Source of the DNA: Acinetobacter wanghuae
Lineage (GTDB): Bacteria > Pseudomonadota > Gammaproteobacteria > Pseudomonadales > Moraxellaceae
Length of the DNA stretch: 32,000 nucleotides
NCBI RefSeq assembly: GCF_009557235.1
Contig: NZ_CP045650.1
Span: forward strand, 870,001-902,000
Direction: 5' to 3'
A program made the translations under genes and the position numbers. Every line of letters starts with the position of its first letter. The stretch's first letter is position 1. The notes under the pieces are model-generated. The model did not search any database. It worked only from the letters and a program-made list of their open reading frames with translations, and was not told where the DNA came from. This document shows, piece after piece, positions 9,288 through 16,950 of the stretch.

Positions 9288-9315
9288 ATCTCGACAATAA
9301 AAGTATTGCCGAGAT
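9288..9315. promoter_or_regulatory. 28-bp near-perfect palindrome upstream of pckG (candidate operator or leader hairpin)
   Basis: ATCTCGACAATA-AAAG-TATTGCCGAGAT has 12-bp arms with one mismatch, 46-73 nt upstream of the pckG ATG. It is adjacent to TGTACAAA direct repeats (9263-9288). Confidence 0.3.
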
Positions 9316-9654
9316 GAATATGAAAAAAAGTGGCTGTATTAAAGCATAAAATGACAAAAAAAATAAGACTAAAGCCGTAGTGGTTTTATTTTGGCATTTG
9401 ATGCTATTTAAATAATAAAACGTTATAAAACATAACATTAATATAAATATACTTGTGATTTTATTCTATTTATTTAAGTGATGATTACTATTTTTTTAAC
9501 TAATAATTATAAAAATTAGTGATTTAGGTTTAAATTTCAAATAGGATCTATTATCGATTAAACAAATGCTCGTGATTTGTATTTTACATAAACCTACTAT
9601 TATTTGTTTGATAATTAGACAAAATGCCAATAGAAGTTTGAAAATGTAGAAAAA

Positions 9655-10578
9655 ATGGCAAATGAAGCGCGTCCACTGTCTATTATATATAACCGTCAAT
9701 CTGGATTTCATCAAGAAAATTCAGCTTTGACCGACGCTGATATTATTCAACAATTCACCAAACATGGTTTTGATACAAAAACCTATGAAATTCATGCTTA
9801 TAACTCCATGAAAATGCTGATGCAAGAAGTGATTGGACGTCATCAAGCATATCTAGATCAAGGAATTGTGGTTGCTGCTGGTGGGGATGGAACGCTCAAT
9901 AGTGTGGCAAAATATTTGCTGCATCAAAAAATTGCCATGGGCATTATTCCCTTAGGTACATTTAACTATGTTGCGCGCGTCTTAAAAATTCCAATTGATA
10001 TCGAACAAGCGATTCAAGTGATTATTCAAGGGCAGAATAAAAGTATTCATGTGGCGCAAATCAATGAAGAAATTTACTTAAATAATGCTAGTTTAGGCTT
10101 ATATCCTTTATTTATTAAAAGAAGAGAAGTTTACAATCAGCGTTTTGGACGCTTTGCTTTTCATGCCTATAGTTCAGCTTTAGATGTCCTCATTCGTGAC
10201 CGTAAAGAACTTAAACTTGAAATATGGATTGATCACAAGAAATATCCGGTAAAAACCCCTTTAATCTTTTTTGGCAATAATCAGTTGCAATTGGCAGATT
10301 TACGCATGCGAATTGCAGACGCAGCAGAGCAAGGCAAAGTGGCGGGTGTAGTGGTCGCTAAAAGTGATAAAGTGAATTTGTTTCGTATACTATTTCAGCT
10401 TATTAAAGGTCAAATTGACCAAGCGAAGGATGTCTATAGTTTTTCTGCAGCGCATGTTGAAATTCGATCTAAACGCGACACATTTACTGTCGCTTTAGAT
10501 GGTGAGCTCGTGGAAATGCATACACCTCTGCATATTCGAGTGCTTAAAAACAGTTTGATGGTGAGGGTGCCAGAATGA
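9655..10578 (+). CDS. diacylglycerol-kinase-family lipid kinase (YegS/LCB5-like)
   Basis: N-terminal DAGK catalytic fold with the VVAAGGDGTLN motif and IPLGTFN. 307 aa. Confidence 0.8.
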   Translation: MANEARPLSIIYNRQSGFHQENSALTDADIIQQFTKHGFDTKTYEIHAYNSMKMLMQEVIGRHQAYLDQGIVVAAGGDGTLNSVAKYLLHQKIAMGIIPLGTFNYVARVLKIPIDIEQAIQVIIQGQNKSIHVAQINEEIYLNNASLGLYPLFIKRREVYNQRFGRFAFHAYSSALDVLIRDRKELKLEIWIDHKKYPVKTPLIFFGNNQLQLADLRMRIADAAEQGKVAGVVVAKSDKVNLFRILFQLIKGQIDQAKDVYSFSAAHVEIRSKRDTFTVALDGELVEMHTPLHIRVLKNSLMVRVPE

Positions 10579-11348
10579 TCCTACATCTATCTGATCTACA
10601 TTTTGGTACGGAAAAGCCCGAATGCCTTGTTGCAATTCAACGCTTATGTGCCGAACAGCAACCCGAAGCTGTGGTCGTGAGTGGAGATCTCACCCAGCGC
10701 GCTAGATTTCACCAATTTTATCAATGCAGAAAGTTTTTAGACAGTTTAAATGTGCCTTGTTTGATTGTGCCAGGTAATCATGATATCCCACTCTATAATG
10801 TGTGGAGTCGGCTTTTTGAACCTTTTAGTCGGTATCATTTATTGTTTGGTCAAACAGAAAAAGTGTTAGAAACCCAAAATTTTTATATGATCGGGGTGAA
10901 TACCATTCGCAGACGGCATCACACCAAAGGTGCTTTATCGCTGTCACAAATTCATGAGATTGATTTTAAATTACAACAAGCGCCGATAGATAAACTGAAG
11001 ATTATTGTGGCGCATCAACCTTTTTATGTCACCGATCATCACAAACGCGCCATTAAAGATTGTCCGCGTATGGCAAAAATTGCCCTAGAGACTTGGACAA
11101 AGCATGGATTATTTGCGCTTCTACATGGACATTTGCATCAATCGGCCGTGTATGACTTAAATCAGGTGTTTCAGTTGGGCTTGGGGCAACCGATTTATGA
11201 TGTGCATGCAGGAACAGCAACGTCCTATCGCTTACATAAAGGACAGCCGAATGGCTTAAATATCATTCATGCAAATGGTCGGATGGATGAATATCTTTTT
11301 AATGAAGCCTCACAAAATTTTGAGCTCAATCAAAATTTGCTTAAATAA
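10575..11348 (+). CDS. metallophosphoesterase (calcineurin-like)
   Basis: Motifs HLSDLHFG, SGDLTQ, PGNHD and GHLH. The start overlaps the upstream stop (ATGA at 10575-10578). Confidence 0.85.
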   Translation: MILHLSDLHFGTEKPECLVAIQRLCAEQQPEAVVVSGDLTQRARFHQFYQCRKFLDSLNVPCLIVPGNHDIPLYNVWSRLFEPFSRYHLLFGQTEKVLETQNFYMIGVNTIRRRHHTKGALSLSQIHEIDFKLQQAPIDKLKIIVAHQPFYVTDHHKRAIKDCPRMAKIALETWTKHGLFALLHGHLHQSAVYDLNQVFQLGLGQPIYDVHAGTATSYRLHKGQPNGLNIIHANGRMDEYLFNEASQNFELNQNLLK

Positions 11349-11409
11349 CAGTCAGAAATGGCATTTCAGTGCAAAAAATTTAAAAAAAAATGAATATTTT
11401 TAATTTTTG

Positions 11410-11439
11410 CCCTTGAAGCGATTTATTCCATCTCCATAA
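11410..11439 (+). promoter_or_regulatory. sigma32 (heat-shock) type promoter of groES-groEL
   Basis: CCCTTGAA (11410-11417), a 14-nt spacer, then CTCCATAA (11432-11439). Compare the E. coli groE consensus CCCTTGAA-N13-15-CCCCATNT. Confidence 0.5.
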
Positions 11440-11529
11440 AAGTGACATCAAACAATTTTGATGATGACCAATGGAATTACTAAGTCCTCATCATATATCT
11501 AAAAAAGACTTAGTCTAATGGAGTTTAAT

Positions 11530-11820
11530 ATGAGCAACATTCGTCCGTTACATGACCGCGTTGTGATTCGTCGTGTTGAAGAAGAAACTAAAACAGCTGG
11601 CGGTATTTTACTTCCGGGTTCTGCTTCTGAGAAACCAGCACAAGGTGAAATCATTGCTGTAGGTAATGGTCAAATCACTGACAATGGCGTACGTGCTTTA
11701 GATGTGAAAGTTGGCGATAAAGTATTGTTCGGTACATACGCGGGTACAACTGTAAAAGTTGACGGTGAAGAACTTCTTATTATGAAAGAATCTGACATTT
11801 TAGCCGTATTGGGCGCTTAA
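11530..11820 (+). CDS. groES: co-chaperonin GroES
   Basis: [32 protein letters not shown]... 96 aa, with GGAG 6 nt before ATG 11530. Confidence 0.97.
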   Translation: MSNIRPLHDRVVIRRVEEETKTAGGILLPGSASEKPAQGEIIAVGNGQITDNGVRALDVKVGDKVLFGTYAGTTVKVDGEELLIMKESDILAVLGA

Positions 11821-11869
11821 GCTTCGCTAAATCAGTCTTATTTTTTCAACTTAGTTTTAAAGATATTAA

Positions 11870-13522
<1,653 letters not shown>

Positions 13523-13535
13523 TCATCCCTCAACC

Positions 13536-13572
13536 ATAAAAAATCCCCGTATCATGCGGGGATTTTTTTATT
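13536..13572. terminator. rho-independent terminator after groEL (copy 1 of a duplicated hairpin)
   Basis: ATAAAAAATCCCCGTATCATGCGGGGATTTTTTTATT, with stem CCCCG.AT/ATGCGGGG, an A-run and a T-run. It is nearly identical to 18847-18882. Confidence 0.85.
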
Positions 13573-14620
13573 CTTAGATTAGCATTTGAAGTGCAACACC
13601 ATGTTGTTGCCATAATACCTGACTCGGACTTTTAAAGCCGAGTCTTTTTCTTGGACGATGATTGATACGGGCTGTTATTTCTGAAATATATTCGTCCGTA
13701 TACTGATTTAAGTCACTTCCTTTTCTAATGTATTGTCTGACTAAGCCATTAGTATTTTCATTCGTACCTCGCTGCCAAGCGCTATAAGGATCTGCGAAAT
13801 ACCAATCTATTTCTAATGCTTGAGCAGCATATTCATGCAGACTAAACTCCTTACCATTATCTGCGGTAATCGTTTTGAGTTGATGCTTAATTGGCTCAAG
13901 TAAACTGATCGTTGTTTGGTAAACTTCCTCTGCTTTGCATGAGCTACACTTCTTCAACCACAAATAACCTGTCTTGCGATCTACAATTGAGACCAATGAT
14001 TGCTGATGATTCTTACCCACAATCGTATCTATCTCTAGATCACCAAAACGATGACGCTGTTCAATCTCAATCGGTCTATCATGAATGCTTTTACGATTAG
14101 CCAGCTGACCACGAGTTTCAGGAGAGCCGTATTTCCTCTTTCTTTGATTTCTGAACCGTAGATGATGAAAGAGAGTACCGCCCTTATTTTTATCCTGTCG
14201 TATTAAACGATAAATTGAATGCAGGCTGACTGAAACACGAGAAGCAATCTGTTCAGGACTCCATTGAAGTTCAAGATAAAAGATGACATGTGCCCATATT
14301 TTATCAGGGATTCTTTTAGGATTAGAGCAATGGCGTCTTCGAGCGAGTTTACTGGCATGCTTAGCGAAATAACCATTTCTAGCTCGATTACGATTGATTT
14401 CTCTAGAAATAGTGGAAGGTGAACGATTCAGTCTCCAAGCAATATAACGTTTAGAAAATCCTTCACGTAACAATGTAGAAATCTGATATCTTTCTTCTTG
14501 AGTAAGATGAGTATAGTTCATGATGCAACTTTGACTTTGGTCGGTCGGAAGCAAAAGGCTAGCTCATCTTGCTTCTTTCCAATAATTTAATCTCTGTTGC
14601 ACTTCATTTGAGAATCTAAG
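13573..14620 (-). mobile_element. IS30-family insertion sequence (1048 bp)
   Basis: Terminal inverted repeats match 23/27: (T)CTTAGATTAGCATTTGAAGTGCAACA at 13572-13598 against the reverse complement of 14595-14621. Flanked by ATT at 13570-13572 and 14621-23, consistent with a 3-bp target duplication. The transposase stop lies inside the IR. Confidence 0.85.
13574..14521 (-). CDS. IS30-family transposase
   Basis: N-terminal HTH (LTQEERYQISTLLREGFSKRYIAWRLNRSPSTISREINRN), DDE core (..TADNGKEF.., ..QRGTNENTNGLVRQY) and the C-terminal motif HRPRKRLGFKSP. ATG 14521 is the likely start (315 aa). Confidence 0.92.
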   Translation of the reverse strand: MNYTHLTQEERYQISTLLREGFSKRYIAWRLNRSPSTISREINRNRARNGYFAKHASKLARRRHCSNPKRIPDKIWAHVIFYLELQWSPEQIASRVSVSLHSIYRLIRQDKNKGGTLFHHLRFRNQRKRKYGSPETRGQLANRKSIHDRPIEIEQRHRFGDLEIDTIVGKNHQQSLVSIVDRKTGYLWLKKCSSCKAEEVYQTTISLLEPIKHQLKTITADNGKEFSLHEYAAQALEIDWYFADPYSAWQRGTNENTNGLVRQYIRKGSDLNQYTDEYISEITARINHRPRKRLGFKSPSQVLWQQHGVALQMLI

Positions 14621-14631
14621 ATTTTAAATTA

Positions 14632-15605
14632 ACCCGAATCCTGTTTAAGCCAATGATTTCATAATTTGAATTTTTGGCTTATTTTGATGGGTGAGTTGAT
14701 ATGCACATAACGATGCGTAAATCCCACTTAAAAAGCCTGCCATACTTCTGGCTTTACTCGTCACCAAATTGTATTGACCTTTCAATAAGCTGAATAACGT
14801 TTCTATTTTATTGCGCTGTTTCAAATGATATTCGTCTGATTCAGAGAGTTGTATAGCCTGCATGTTTTTTCGATGATAAGTAATTAAATCAATATCTTGA
14901 GATTTCAACCTACTTTTTAAATCTTGGCTGATATAGCCACGATCCGCGTAAAGCTTAGCTTCTAAGCCGTCAACTAAATGCTCAACCATTCTTATGTCAG
15001 CCACATGTCTGTTGGATAATGCTGAACAAACTATTTCTCCAAGTTGATTCATCACAACATGTAATTTACAGCCATAGAACCAGCCCATTGAGCTTTTACC
15101 ACGAGATGCAATTTTAGATAATGATTTATGGCGTTGAATACGCTGATTTTTACAGACAGGTAAAGTGGTTGAATCAATCCATAAATATTGGCTACGTTGA
15201 GCTTTCATTACAGCTACATGTAAAGCATGTAGTGCTAATTGATGCATATTAATCAGGTGAATCATCCGTTGATAACAGGGTAAGCTCTTAAATAAATGAC
15301 TTTTATCCTGTTTCAGCCATGAAAAAAATGCTTTGAAATTATTGAAGTGAGAACACTTATACCAAATGGCGATAAAACTAATTTCCGAGATAGTCAGTTG
15401 GGCAGTTCGAATTCTTACAGAATGAGAACTCTGTTTGAGAAATGTCCAATAAGTTGCTTCAAATTTAATAAAGAAATCATCAATTACGCAAAATAATTCG
15501 GTACTATTAAACATCAGGACTAGAGTTGTGAGTTTTGTGTGGTAACTCAACTGATGGCTCTAGTCCTCATGTTTTTCAAGTCAATTTCTTATCCGCGATT
15601 CGGGT
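14632..15605 (-). mobile_element. IS982-family insertion sequence (974 bp)
   Basis: Ends are ACCCGAATC (14632-14640) and GATTCGGGT (15597-15605), with further imperfect IR matches inward. Perfect 7-bp direct repeat TAAATTA at 14625-14631 and 15606-15612. Confidence 0.85.
14645..15514 (-). CDS. IS982-family DDE transposase
   Basis: MFNSTELFCVIDDFF... N-terminus and WIDSTTLPVC, GWFYGCKLH, YADRGYIS, IETLFSLLK motifs typical of IS982 transposases. ATG 15514 is the likely start (289 aa). Confidence 0.9.
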   Translation of the reverse strand: MFNSTELFCVIDDFFIKFEATYWTFLKQSSHSVRIRTAQLTISEISFIAIWYKCSHFNNFKAFFSWLKQDKSHLFKSLPCYQRMIHLINMHQLALHALHVAVMKAQRSQYLWIDSTTLPVCKNQRIQRHKSLSKIASRGKSSMGWFYGCKLHVVMNQLGEIVCSALSNRHVADIRMVEHLVDGLEAKLYADRGYISQDLKSRLKSQDIDLITYHRKNMQAIQLSESDEYHLKQRNKIETLFSLLKGQYNLVTSKARSMAGFLSGIYASLCAYQLTHQNKPKIQIMKSLA

Positions 15606-15898
15606 TAAATTAATATAATTATAAAGCGCTAATTGATCGAATTGTTACACTTTTCAAATATAAAAAAATCATAAGAGTTCCACTTATCTGTATAAGTAGT
15701 GCCAAAAATAATTTTTTAAAATCATGTAAGTAGTTGAAAATAATATAAATAATATATTATTGATTCTACGTTTATATAATTGATAGTACCTTAAAAAAAC
15801 AAAATAAAAAAAGATGAGTCATTTTGTTTTAAATAATGTTGGTTTTTTGTTAAAAATAACATAATATTTGATCAAAAGATGCTTGATAATTTTTGATT

Positions 15899-16084
15899 AT
15901 GAAAAGTTTGAATAAAATAGAAGAAGGTGTGTATCAAGATAGTGAGTTAATCTTGATACAAAGAAAAGAACTTCAAAGGCTATACAGAAAACTTAGAGAC
16001 TATGAAGAGTTAATTCAATCTTACGAAGCAAAACAACAGAGTTTAGCTTCATCTAATGTTATCAATAAATTTAAGATAGATTAA
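15899..16084 (+). CDS. hypothetical 61-aa coiled-coil-like protein
   Basis: ORF MKSLNKIEEGVYQDSELILIQRKELQRLYRKLRDYEELIQSYEAKQQ... has no Shine-Dalgarno sequence. Its 3' end overlaps the convergent XRE gene by 14 nt. Confidence 0.3.
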   Translation: MKSLNKIEEGVYQDSELILIQRKELQRLYRKLRDYEELIQSYEAKQQSLASSNVINKFKID

Positions 16085-16451
16085 TAAATTCATTCACTAG
16101 CTGTTCAACTAATTTTCGCTGATTCGTATTGAGTTGGCTAACTTTTGATAAAAATTCTAAATTTTCAGTCATCTGTTTATTTTGAGAACTTTCTATAATT
16201 GGGCTCACATCACCGAATCTTAACCATTGACTGGATACATCCAACCAATTGGAGAGTAAGGATAATTTGTCCTGATTAGGTATAGCCTTGCCTAATAACC
16301 AGTTATTCGCAGATTGAACCGATACAGGCGTACCGTCATAACGGTCATTAAAGTGCTTCGATAGATAAGTAGGGCTTATCGGATGACTGCCTGACCGAAG
16401 CGCTTGTTTCAAACGCTCAGAAAATAACTTCTTTTCTTGTTCACTGCTCAT
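16071..16451 (-). CDS. XRE/Cro-C1-type helix-turn-helix transcriptional regulator (126 aa)
   Basis: The N-terminal pattern FSERLKQAL...ISPTYLSKHF...VSVQSANNWLLGKAIPNQDKLSLLSNWLDVSSQWLRFG is typical of HTH_XRE. The C-terminal ~45 aa are not recognised. Confidence 0.75.
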   Translation of the reverse strand: MSSEQEKKLFSERLKQALRSGSHPISPTYLSKHFNDRYDGTPVSVQSANNWLLGKAIPNQDKLSLLSNWLDVSSQWLRFGDVSPIIESSQNKQMTENLEFLSKVSQLNTNQRKLVEQLVNEFINLS

Positions 16452-16645
16452 ATTTAGCTACTAAAAAATAGATGGAGAATATTCAGTTTAGAAAGTGTCA
16501 CGTGAACATTTCACTAAATTTGAATTTCCGTAAGTTTAGTTAAGCTACTCAAAAAAAACAATTGTGGTTGTGTGAATGCGGGTGGGTATTTTAGCATGTT
16601 ACTGAATTTAAATAAAATATTTAAAAAAATAAGTTTTTATTTTTC

Positions 16646-16664
16646 TCTTTAATTTAATTAAAGA
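16646..16664. promoter_or_regulatory. 19-bp perfect palindrome in the XRE/adhesin intergenic region
   Basis: TCTTTAATT-T-AATTAAAGA. Confidence 0.3.
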
Positions 16665-16680
16665 AATAAAAAGTGAAAGC

Positions 16681-16709
16681 ATAAATATCAATTAAAAATT
16701 GATATTTAT
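16681..16709. promoter_or_regulatory. 29-bp perfect palindrome (13-bp arms), candidate operator
   Basis: ATAAATATCAATT-AAA-AATTGATATTTAT. Confidence 0.4.
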
Positions 16710-16791
16710 TGTCGTTAGGTGGCTTTCTGGTGTGTGCTAATCTTCACAATCGAACAAAATCCCGGCACAATAAACTATTATTTTAAATTTT

Positions 16792-16806
16792 AATCAAATT
16801 TTGATT
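16792..16806. promoter_or_regulatory. 15-bp perfect palindrome
   Basis: AATCAAA-T-TTTGATT. Confidence 0.25.
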
Positions 16807-16893
16807 GATTTGTAAGTTTGTGTTTGGTTATTATCTCTACATCCACCAGAGGGTTGGCGTAAAAGCCTATGAAAATAGGTTTTATTGCTTTCG

Positions 16894-16931
16894 CTGGTTT
16901 ACATGGTCCTAGGGTAAACCAGTCTTTTTAT
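16894..16931 (+). terminator. terminator-like hairpin in the adhesin leader (possible attenuator)
   Basis: CTGGTTTAC-(11 nt loop)-GTAAACCAG followed by TCTTTTTAT. It ends 20 nt before the adhesin ATG and 10 nt before its GGAG. Confidence 0.35.
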
Positions 16932-16950
16932 AAAAAAATCGGAGATATCT

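Noticed and set aside
9256-9714. ORFs 9256..9438 and 9496..9714 in the pckG/lipid-kinase intergenic region
   Set aside because: These are Phe/Ile/Leu/Lys-rich translations of extremely AT-rich promoter DNA. They have no SD, and one overlaps the start of the lipid-kinase gene.
13573-15605. The IS30 and IS982 pair as a composite transposon
   Set aside because: The elements belong to different families, are directly adjacent with nothing between them, and each carries its own target-site duplication.
15570-15620. Hybrid outward promoter at the IS982 end
   Set aside because: A perfect TATAAT exists at 15614-15619, but the best -35-like hexamer inside the IS (TTATCC) is 19 bp away. This is too weak to call a feature, so it is only mentioned as a possibility.
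16840-16925. Possible c-di-GMP (GEMM-I) riboswitch upstream of the adhesin, suggested by GCGTAAAAGCC and GGTAAACC
   Set aside because: The order and spacing of these elements do not fit the GEMM-I architecture as I remember it (GGCAAACC in P1 before ACGCAAAGCC in P2), and the helices do not line up. I kept only the structural observation of the terminator-like hairpins.
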